From: Promethearchaeota archaeon
GTDB taxonomy: Archaea > Asgardarchaeota > Hermodarchaeia > Hermodarchaeales > Hermodarchaeaceae
Assembly: GCA_048939245.1 (NCBI GenBank)
Contig: JBHLPR010000022.1
Coordinates: 1 to 35,526, forward strand
Direction: 5' to 3'
Length of the DNA: 35,526 nucleotides
Program-made: the position numbers and the translations under genes
In this document: positions 9,501 through 17,083 of the stretch, in pieces
Position numbering within the stretch: the stretch's first letter is position 1
Layout: every line of letters starts with the position of its first letter
Notes under the pieces: model-generated
The model's input: the letters and a program-made list of their open reading frames with translations, nothing else
What the model was told of the DNA's origin: nothing
The model's database searches: none

Positions 9501-10328
9501 ACTTAACCGAGGAGGACTAGTGTGTGGTTGTTGTCTCCAACTGACCTTGAATTCACGATTCGCCCGGATATCCATCCAATTCCCAATAATCAAGGGAAGG
9601 TGCCGATTCGTGATGCCCAGCCATCCATTGGAGCCAAACCAAGTTGGATCCATAGGCACCCACTGATTCCGAATCCATACCTCACTCCATCCATGCCGCT
9701 CCCATTTCTTCTTCGAAGCTGCGAATCCAGAGATTAACCGCGCAGGAATCTTTCTAGCTCTACAGATTGCTGCAAATAGCGCTGAGTACTCCGTACAGTC
9801 ACCAACTTGTTGTTCAATTGCGTATGCTGCCCCTCGCTCATGCTCTTGAGGAACATAACGGAGAGTTTTGGTGACTGCTCGCATAGCTGCTTTGATAAAG
9901 GGAATCAGCTTCCGATGTTTTTTGGCAAGATCACGGGCAAGATCTTTTATCAAGTGGTGATGGGACTCGATGAAATATTCGGGTTCTATATATGACTGCA
10001 GCCGGTTGGGGATTAAGCGATTTTGAATATCTGGTGATGGTTGATAGTGGATGGAGCGATTTCGAATTAAAGCGATGTATCCGCAGGTGAATGTATCATT
10101 TCCTGATAAGTGTGGACACGAGATATTCAGCCAGTTATTTCCCTCTTTATCACTAGCATGCCTACTCGTATTTGGATATGGTTTAATCTCCAACAGCTGT
10201 TGATACGGTTCAAAGGGTGGAGGAAACGCAAGCAGAATTCGAATGTTCGTTAAGGGGCTCGTAGTGGTATTCACTACTTGGGTTTGGTAGGTTAGACGAT
10301 GAGTCAGAATGGCTGAACCTGAAATCAT
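9456..10328 (-). CDS. Transglutaminase-like (papain-fold) protein with an intact Cys-His-Asp triad
   Basis: GDCTEYSALF, IPARLISG, HGWSEVW, WVPMDPTW. Confidence 0.9.
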   Translation of the reverse strand: MISGSAILTHRLTYQTQVVNTTTSPLTNIRILLAFPPPFEPYQQLLEIKPYPNTSRHASDKEGNNWLNISCPHLSGNDTFTCGYIALIRNRSIHYQPSPDIQNRLIPNRLQSYIEPEYFIESHHHLIKDLARDLAKKHRKLIPFIKAAMRAVTKTLRYVPQEHERGAAYAIEQQVGDCTEYSALFAAICRARKIPARLISGFAASKKKWERHGWSEVWIRNQWVPMDPTWFGSNGWLGITNRHLPLIIGNWMDIRANREFKVSWRQQPHTSPPRLSSTWKVRQVVGFQAS

Positions 10329-10711
10329 GGTTCCTGCCCATTTGATGTTGTTGATTCCTCGCTCTGGGCCTCGTCGTCATCAAGAATAATAACTCTACCT
10401 TCAGACGTGTGTTGTGGTTTTCGGTGAACATCACCCAAAAACACCACTTTCGAACCTCGACTAGAATTAGAGATTTCGGCTTCGCGACGTGGTCCGAGGA
10501 ATCGGCTGAAATGGGGCACATGCGTTTCAGTGCCTCGTGCAATGGCTCCTGGACAAATGTCTTCGCCTGCTTCTAACAATAAGGCACGGCAACTAGCACA
10601 AATGTAGCTCCCACAAGATGTGCATATCCACCATTGGCTCCTTGCTTCTTCGAGAGTCACTTGTGAATCGCAAGCCACACATTTGATATGCGATGCCCCG
10701 TGGACACTCAT
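10325..10711 (-). CDS. RING-like zinc-finger protein with a SIM-like acidic tail (putative E3)
   Basis: CVAC-x15-CTSC-x4-CASC-x11-CP...H; tail motifs KVVFLGD and RVIILDDDE. ATGA overlaps with the genes on both sides. Confidence 0.7.
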   Translation of the reverse strand: MSVHGASHIKCVACDSQVTLEEARSQWWICTSCGSYICASCRALLLEAGEDICPGAIARGTETHVPHFSRFLGPRREAEISNSSRGSKVVFLGDVHRKPQHTSEGRVIILDDDEAQSEESTTSNGQEP

Positions 10712-10926
10712 TCTTCTTGGTTCTCCTTCTCAGATTCTTTTCGGACATGGTGAACAGTGACTGAATAATGTGGGGAGAAATTCGGTGGCCGTTCTTCTTC
10801 AAATGGGATGTCTCGTTCTTGTAAGATCACAATCCCGTTATCCTTTGAGAGGTCTTCTGGTGAAGGTTGCTCGTTTTTATTGGGTTCCTCGGTATTTTTT
10901 TTATCATTAGGTGGCTGCTCTGCCAT
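10708..10926 (-). CDS. Small acidic, disordered protein with a SIM-like motif
   Basis: 72 aa, strong GGAGG SD, ATGA overlap with the next gene; rich in P/E/N/K with a GIVILQERD core. Confidence 0.7.
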   Translation of the reverse strand: MAEQPPNDKKNTEEPNKNEQPSPEDLSKDNGIVILQERDIPFEEERPPNFSPHYSVTVHHVRKESEKENQEE

Positions 10927-10938
10927 TAGACTCTCCTC

Positions 10939-11685
10939 CTAACGATCTTCATCATCAAGAATCCGTACAGTTGATTTTTCTTCAGGTTTATCTAGAATTT
11001 GGGGAGTTTTTCGTTGTGAAGTATCTGATGATGAATGAGGTGAAAGAATCTGGACCCGGCCCTGTCGTGGTGAGGTAGAGGCACCAGCTTGGTGTCTCGC
11101 TTCCCATAACCGGTCTAAGGTTTCGACGATATTTTTTGTGTCCTGTTCGTACCATGCCATCGCCGAACTATTGAGTCCATGATCTGATTCAAACTGGGAT
11201 GGTGGCTCTACGCGATCTGGTTTTAGCAGCACAAAGAATGGTAGATCCTCGAGAATTCGGTCAAGCTCTCCTCGAACGGAATAGCACGCATGACCTGTTC
11301 CACTGGCGGCGAGTCGAGGATGAAAAAGGGGGGTTTCAGCTGCAGGTCGGATGGTACCGATATTTTGTGGATATTCTCGTGGTAAATCAAAAACGAATCG
11401 ATGTTCATATCGGATAGCACCTTCATCCGTGAGTGAACGTGGTTGACGGACGATTCCAGGTAGATTCCGCATGGTGAATCGAATACGTTTGTATGCACCA
11501 TCACGATATCGGGCGATAATCGCAACGGTGAAATCACGATTACTCCAGGTGGTATTTTCTCGCCGTGGCGGGTCTGGATCCCATCCACGTCGCCCATAGA
11601 GATTATTGATAGTATCAAAAAATGTTTGAATCTGTGTTTCCACTCGGGCGTTGAAAAGTTCAATCGAGAATACGGGTCGTGTCAT
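10939..11685 (-). CDS. E2/UBC-fold conjugating enzyme with a disordered C-terminal tail
   Basis: FVFDLPREYP...TPLFHPRLAASGTGHAC fits the UBC pattern P-x-x-YP...FHPN...G-x-x-C, with the catalytic Cys present. ATG 11685 follows GAGGG (the ORF is open from 11700). Confidence 0.85.
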   Translation of the reverse strand: MTRPVFSIELFNARVETQIQTFFDTINNLYGRRGWDPDPPRRENTTWSNRDFTVAIIARYRDGAYKRIRFTMRNLPGIVRQPRSLTDEGAIRYEHRFVFDLPREYPQNIGTIRPAAETPLFHPRLAASGTGHACYSVRGELDRILEDLPFFVLLKPDRVEPPSQFESDHGLNSSAMAWYEQDTKNIVETLDRLWEARHQAGASTSPRQGRVQILSPHSSSDTSQRKTPQILDKPEEKSTVRILDDEDR

Positions 11686-11730
11686 GGTGTAATCCCTCAC
11701 AGATGCTTTGCCCTCCTGATTGGGCTCTAT

Positions 11731-12057
11731 TCATTGTTTCTGTCCAACTTCGGGAACGACATCAAGGAGGAAGAATTCGTCGTCAGTGATTTTCGGCTCA
11801 AGCTCACCAAAGGCCACACCGGGACTTAACCGTGTGGGCTCTGGAGCTTTGCGAATCAAGACGAACTCAGCACGTTGATCGCCGATTTTCGCTTTCGCCC
11901 AATCGTCAATACTGACACCTTCATCGCGGGCTTGTGTAACGAGGGTACGGATAACCTCCTCGACTCGAGTTTCCTCATCAATGCCAATCCGGAATTCCTT
12001 TTGGCGTGGCTCAACGTCGACAATGATTGAGCGCCAAAAACCTTCTTCGTTACTCAT
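11731..12057 (-). CDS. Ubiquitin-like (beta-grasp) protein ending EVG-QKQ
   Basis: Strand-strand-helix pattern SIIVDV / EFRIGID / ETRVEEVIRTL, then FVLIRK, LSP..AFGEL, ITDDEFFLLDV and a near-terminal Gly. First gene before the E2; AGGTGA SD. Confidence 0.72.
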   Translation of the reverse strand: MSNEEGFWRSIIVDVEPRQKEFRIGIDEETRVEEVIRTLVTQARDEGVSIDDWAKAKIGDQRAEFVLIRKAPEPTRLSPGVAFGELEPKITDDEFFLLDVVPEVGQKQ

Positions 12058-12299
12058 GTCTGTTCACCTACAAGGTGAGGGTTATATCATCCACATTAAC
12101 TTTATGTGAACCTTAGGCGGCTTCTTATCCTTTTTAACGGTTGAAAGAGAATAGGTCGGCTTAATATCGCAGATAAATGGCGCCGACTCCTTCGTTGGAG
12201 TGAAAGTTTAAGAGTCACGGACTAGTCTGACTTAGTAGACTTGGGCAAGAGTGAAAATGGCATCTGCTCAGGATAACCCGCGGGAGCTCATCTGATAGA
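12058..12299. promoter_or_regulatory. Divergent promoter region between the Ubl operon and the SMC operon
   Basis: 242-bp gap between head-to-head genes. TATA-like elements near 12082-12087 (-) and GAAAGTTTAAG at 12202-12212 (+); short inverted repeats at 12064-12078 and 12092-12108. Confidence 0.55.
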
Positions 12300-15194
12300 A
12301 TGACCACTAGGCAAGAGACAACCCTTTCAACCTCACCGGTCGTGTTTCGCAGTATCCGCCTAGTCAATTTTGTCATTCATCGCGACACCACTATTGAACT
12401 CGATGAGTCACCCGTCGTTCTCATCACCGGATCAAATGGAAGTGGTAAAACTCTCATTCTTGATGCGCTTCTGCTAGCTATTGGAGTTGAATCTAGGCGG
12501 GCTCAACGCCAACGAAATTCCGCCTTCATTGGACGATTTGGCAAATATGCCGAAGTCGAATTAGAACTTAATAACTTCCAGATCAACGGGTGCCGTGTCT
12601 TACGTAGCCCTGATACCGCTTTATCCAAACTTCTGGACAAAGATGTGGTTTCGATTCGCCTTCGGATTCATAATACCAACAGGGTATCCTATTGGCTGAA
12701 TGGGCAACGATCGGTAAATGGACACCAAATTGCGCGAAAGGATATCCGAAAGCTGTTTCAAGCGGCTGGGTTGTTCGGGGATTCTCCACTAGCGGTTACA
12801 GAAGCTGAAACATTAGATCATTTTGCTTCTCAATCACCTCGAAGAAAATTCGAAACGCTTCTCAACGAAACTGGATTAAGGAGTTGGATGGAAAAACTCG
12901 AAGAAGCCCGACTATTAGTTTTACAGGCAAAAGCCAATGTTAAACCTCTTGAATACCGCATTCGCCATGAACAACAACGGCAACAAGTTTTGAAAGCAGC
13001 CTATGAAGCCTTTCAGCAAAAACAGCAACTCCAACAACGACAAAAAGACCTCGATGTTGAAGCTGCTTGGGCAGAAGTCTCCTACCGCGAAGAACTCGCA
13101 ACTCAACTCCAATCACAGATTACGACATTAGACAATCAACTAACAGTTGAGAATGGCAAACTGGACAAACTCAATTCCCGTCAGGCTAGTCTACAAGATA
13201 AGTTGGATGCAAATCTGGCCAAACGGGAAAAACTCTTGGCAACAATGAACGAGCTCCGCGACCAGCAAATGCAATCTCAAGGACATCGTCAAGGATTAGA
13301 AAATGAACTTAACGCACTCAAAGCACGGACAAAACGATATACTAGACGTCAGAAACCTGCTAATACAAAAATCGACAGCATTCAGAAAGAATTAGACGAA
13401 TTCGTGAGTGAGCGAGATAAACTCGATGATCAACTGTCACAGGTTCGTCAAGATGTAGCATCAGCTGAAGAAGGACTCTTCTCGCAGCCCCAACGGTACC
13501 CACACTTTGAAGAAAAAATCCTTCGCGCCTGTCTACGTTTTCGTTCTGAACTAGATAAAATTGCCCTCTCCGATTCAGTCATTGGTCCACTTTTTACGCT
13601 TATCCGGATGAAACCTGAATATACCCAACATGAAACTGCGGTGAAACTCGCCTTAGGTCGCTACACCTACTCGTTTATCGCACTTAACCGCGAAGTTTTC
13701 GTCGAAGCCAAGAACCTTTATGATCGGCTCTGGCCTCACGAAAAACCTGACTTGGTGGTCGCCCGTACAAATCCCACCACTGCAATCACGCGAGACCGGC
13801 CGGCTGTTTCATCACCTGTAATTGGGTGGGCTGCAGATCTCATCGAAGGCGATCTGTACGCGGTGAGTTTTCTTAACCGTGTAGTAAATACTGCCATCGC
13901 AGAAGAAGGTGCTGATCCAAATACGTTAGTAGATGCCACTCAACAGCTCAATGGTAACATCATCACTAGTGAAGGTTCAAGCCATTATCTCCGAATAGGC
14001 GCATTTACTCGTCCTCCCCGTCCAGTAACTGTCAGCTTAGATATCACACTCCATGAACTGAGTCTAACACACGACGTTACTGACGGACGTCGCCAGCTTC
14101 GCGAACTTCGGGAGCAGGAAGCTCATTTCATGCGGGATCGGATGCGCATTAATGCAGAGATAAGCCAACTTCGATCTATCCTTCAAGATTTGCAGGCAGC
14201 CCATACCATTCAGCTATCTAGTGAAGAACGAACTGCTTTAATCACGGATGCAGACCGTCGCATTACAGAACTTCAACAGCAGATTCTTGAATTAGAAACT
14301 GGCTGTGATGCACTCAGCCAAGATTATCAAGACTGTAACTCGGATTTATCGCCACTCAATTCCAGACAACAAGAAATCACAGGACAACTCCACACTCTTA
14401 GCTCACGGCAATCTCGTCGTCAAGCAGAAATTGACCGTTTATCTGATGAGCTCAAACAACGAGAAGATGAATACGAACATCTCATGAAACAAACCAAGGA
14501 CTTCCGAAAAGCTGCAACCAAGCTTGCGGAACGCCCTGCGGTGGTTCGAGAACCTACTGCGATCCGTGATGAGCAAATCCAAATCCAGGCTATGATTGAT
14601 ACTATCACAGCAACGGCAGAAGATCGTCACGCTTTTGAAGAACAAGAAAAGGTGGTGTCTCAACTCCAAGAATATCTCACTCAACGACAGCTTCATCTTG
14701 AAAATCTCATGACGGACGTTGATCGTCGATTACTGGAGTGGCGGCGACAACTCGAACAAACAGTCGAAACTTTGAACCAACGAATGAATCAGCTGCTTAG
14801 CCACTTCCTCAAACAAGTCAAATTACTTATTCGCTTTCCTGACGAACCCAGTCGGGCAGAACTCCACCTCCAATTGGCTATCAATCGTAGAGGTGAATGG
14901 CGAACCTATCAGGAAATGTCGGGCGGGGAACGTGTGCTGGCTACTCAAACCTTTATTTTAGCACTGCATACCCTTGCAAAGAGTCCTCTTCACGTGATTG
15001 ATGAATTCACTCAACGTCTAGATGAAGCAAGCCGCGCAGCAATTCTTAGTGTCGTTCAGCGAGCCCTTGATTTGACCCAGCAAGAATCACTAATCAATCC
15101 CCAATTTCTATTAATGGCTCCATCCACAGTAGGGCTTCAGATTCCAGAGACAATGCACCACGTGGTCCTCCTTAAAGGGCAGGTGAAGAAATGA
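12300..15194 (+). CDS. SMC-family ATPase of Smc5/6 type
   Basis: IRLVNFVIH, Walker A GSNGSGKT, two coiled coils around a hinge (VIGPLFTLI...AVKLALGRYTYSFI), signature MSGGER, SPLHVIDEFTQRLD, QFLLMAP. Confidence 0.88.
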   Translation: MTTRQETTLSTSPVVFRSIRLVNFVIHRDTTIELDESPVVLITGSNGSGKTLILDALLLAIGVESRRAQRQRNSAFIGRFGKYAEVELELNNFQINGCRVLRSPDTALSKLLDKDVVSIRLRIHNTNRVSYWLNGQRSVNGHQIARKDIRKLFQAAGLFGDSPLAVTEAETLDHFASQSPRRKFETLLNETGLRSWMEKLEEARLLVLQAKANVKPLEYRIRHEQQRQQVLKAAYEAFQQKQQLQQRQKDLDVEAAWAEVSYREELATQLQSQITTLDNQLTVENGKLDKLNSRQASLQDKLDANLAKREKLLATMNELRDQQMQSQGHRQGLENELNALKARTKRYTRRQKPANTKIDSIQKELDEFVSERDKLDDQLSQVRQDVASAEEGLFSQPQRYPHFEEKILRACLRFRSELDKIALSDSVIGPLFTLIRMKPEYTQHETAVKLALGRYTYSFIALNREVFVEAKNLYDRLWPHEKPDLVVARTNPTTAITRDRPAVSSPVIGWAADLIEGDLYAVSFLNRVVNTAIAEEGADPNTLVDATQQLNGNIITSEGSSHYLRIGAFTRPPRPVTVSLDITLHELSLTHDVTDGRRQLRELREQEAHFMRDRMRINAEISQLRSILQDLQAAHTIQLSSEERTALITDADRRITELQQQILELETGCDALSQDYQDCNSDLSPLNSRQQEITGQLHTLSSRQSRRQAEIDRLSDELKQREDEYEHLMKQTKDFRKAATKLAERPAVVREPTAIRDEQIQIQAMIDTITATAEDRHAFEEQEKVVSQLQEYLTQRQLHLENLMTDVDRRLLEWRRQLEQTVETLNQRMNQLLSHFLKQVKLLIRFPDEPSRAELHLQLAINRRGEWRTYQEMSGGERVLATQTFILALHTLAKSPLHVIDEFTQRLDEASRAAILSVVQRALDLTQQESLINPQFLLMAPSTVGLQIPETMHHVVLLKGQVKK

Positions 15195-15988
15195 TGATTT
15201 CCAATGATACTTCTACTTTCCTCCGTGCCTTTCCGCGACGTAAAGCCTGGTACGACACATTCCAGCATAACTACAAACGGAATCAGCTAACCAAACATGG
15301 CACAAAAACCGTGGTCATCACCCTCTGGAATCTCACGAAAAAATACGAAGTAGCTCTCAAACAACATGAGGTATTTCCCGTTAAAGAAGCGGAAATAGAC
15401 CGCGAGGAAGTCACTGATGCATATCGCGTACTCGAAACACCTTGGGAACGAAACCTCGATGGTCGCTTCTATTACACACTTGCTTCAATGCAACACCATC
15501 GCGATTCTCAATTGGCTACTCCTGAAATTGCCCCTGAAGAATGGATTTCCCAATTTGCCAATGAGGTTAAACGTCGGGCTACTCCTCTTCTGTTTCTAAT
15601 CAATCCTGATCATACTATTCCACCGCTCGATTTACCTCCTACAGATTCTCCTGTAGCAATGGCTGAACCACCTTCCCCCGACGATCAGCAGGCAATGCGC
15701 CGACATCGAATACCTTTCAAAGACATTTCGTTCGATGATCTTGATGCCCGGCGAGCCTCAATCGTGAAGCGCCTCCAAGGAAAACGGTACAACTACATAG
15801 CATTATCAGAACTCTTAACAAACTGGGAATTGGATCTATTAAGCCAACTGATTCGAGATGATATACTCCCGGCTACCTTCGAAAAAACTGTAGTTCACTT
15901 CCGGAAATCATCACCATCTCGAAAAGCGGATTCAATATATGCAGCTGTTGCTATTGCTGCAAAAAACCATGAGGAGGTTACACATTGA
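15191..15988 (+). CDS. Hypothetical protein, putative kleisin (Nse4/ScpA-like)
   Basis: Overlaps both the smc stop and the KITE start. Helical N-terminus, Pro-rich linker (PPLDLPPTDSP..EPPSP) and a C-terminal region compatible with a winged helix. The kleisin call is positional only. Confidence 0.45.
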   Translation: MMISNDTSTFLRAFPRRKAWYDTFQHNYKRNQLTKHGTKTVVITLWNLTKKYEVALKQHEVFPVKEAEIDREEVTDAYRVLETPWERNLDGRFYYTLASMQHHRDSQLATPEIAPEEWISQFANEVKRRATPLLFLINPDHTIPPLDLPPTDSPVAMAEPPSPDDQQAMRRHRIPFKDISFDDLDARRASIVKRLQGKRYNYIALSELLTNWELDLLSQLIRDDILPATFEKTVVHFRKSSPSRKADSIYAAVAIAAKNHEEVTH

Positions 15989-16632
15989 CGACATCCAATC
16001 CCCCCTCTTCTGAATCCGCCAAACCCACCGATACGCCAAAAGACGATGAATTCGAGCAACGCCATCTCCTCGGTCAATTATTCGCCGCACTCACCGCACG
16101 ATTTCGTAATGAAGAAGGGCAACTCAGCATCGGAGTCAAACGGCAAAATCTTCTAGAAGCTCTGCATATCAACAAATCAGGGCTGACTCGTCTACTGGAT
16201 TTACTCCGGCAACAGATTTCCCCCCTTGGATTGGAATTAGTTGAATATCGATTGGGACGTGATACCCTCTATTGTATCCGAACTATCTATGGCGTTCCAG
16301 GAGAACTCTCAGATCCCGAATATGCTGTACTCGGAGTTATCATCTCCACGGTGGAACGTGCTAGTAAACATCGCCGACCGCGACACGTCTCGACGAAAGA
16401 TATCGAAACTATTCTCGTTGCCCGTGGGCGCCTTTCCCGTTATCAATTGGATAAAATCCTAAGGCGTCTGACGGAATTGGGATATATTAACCGATCTACT
16501 CGACGAGTGGCTTATGGTCCACGACTCGAACTTGAATTTGATTCGGAACGTCGCGAAGCCATCGCCAACGCTGCCACCCTCTATCTCGCTGGTGCCGTTT
16601 CTCAAAGGGAGGACACAAAGAATGAAACTTGA
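15985..16632 (+). CDS. KITE tandem winged-helix protein (Nse1/Nse3-MAGE/ScpB-like)
   Basis: LLDLLRQQISPLGLELVE (wH-A), LSDPEYAVLGVII, LDKILRRLTELGYI...YGPRLELE (cf. MAGE/Nse3 WGPRAxxE). Confidence 0.75.
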   Translation: MTTSNPPSSESAKPTDTPKDDEFEQRHLLGQLFAALTARFRNEEGQLSIGVKRQNLLEALHINKSGLTRLLDLLRQQISPLGLELVEYRLGRDTLYCIRTIYGVPGELSDPEYAVLGVIISTVERASKHRRPRHVSTKDIETILVARGRLSRYQLDKILRRLTELGYINRSTRRVAYGPRLELEFDSERREAIANAATLYLAGAVSQREDTKNET

Positions 16633-17083
16633 TCTTTCTACAGTCGGGATTAGTTGTGTGGCGTGTGGTACACGAACAACACTCGAAGAGGCAATTCAAA
16701 ATGGGTGGCATCAATGTCTCCGTTGTCAATTTTTCATTGATCCCCATTGTCTTCAAATCGTCCAAAACACCATGGGTGGTACATGTCCGTCATTTAGTCA
16801 AGGCGTTTCTCGCCATACTCTACAGCTATCTGACATTCCTTCAGAACAAATCCTCATCTTTGTAAAAGATCAATATCAGAAAGGTCGGGTCGGGGTCTTA
16901 ATTGACACTCTGTTTTATTCTAAGGATCTAAGGTTAGAAAAACCTCACCATTCGAGTCGGCTCCACCCCGAACCTGAAGAAGCCCTTACACGAGAAGAAA
17001 TTTGGCAACGCTACGGTCTTGTTTTAGTTCAGCGAACTCAGGGCAAATGGAAAACTTGGGAAAAAATTGGTACTACAGGCTAA
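16622..17083 (+). CDS. RING-like zinc-finger protein (Nse1 RING-like), paralog of 10325-10711
   Basis: CVAC...GWHQCLRC...IDPHC...CPS...H. ATG 16622 follows a GGAGG SD and overlaps the KITE stop. Confidence 0.7.
   Translation: MKLDLSTVGISCVACGTRTTLEEAIQNGWHQCLRCQFFIDPHCLQIVQNTMGGTCPSFSQGVSRHTLQLSDIPSEQILIFVKDQYQKGRVGVLIDTLFYSKDLRLEKPHHSSRLHPEPEEALTREEIWQRYGLVLVQRTQGKWKTWEKIGTTG

Noticed and set aside
10708-10926. Pup-like modifier
   Set aside because: The size and acidity are similar, but there is no GGE/GGQ terminus and no PafA/Dop gene.
8586-12057. ThiF/MoeB-ThiS/MoaD/SAMP sulfur-transfer system
   Set aside because: An E2 with a catalytic Cys and RING-like genes are present, there is no GG end, and there are no thiamine/Moco/rhodanese genes nearby.
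12257-12295. 12-codon uORF (MASAQDNPRELI) before smc
   Set aside because: Out of frame with smc and too short to distinguish from chance.
12300-15194. Rad50/SbcC or canonical Smc
   Set aside because: No central CxxC zinc hook and no Mre11/SbcD neighbour. It is shorter than canonical Smc and lacks the DEVDAALD and switch-His motifs.
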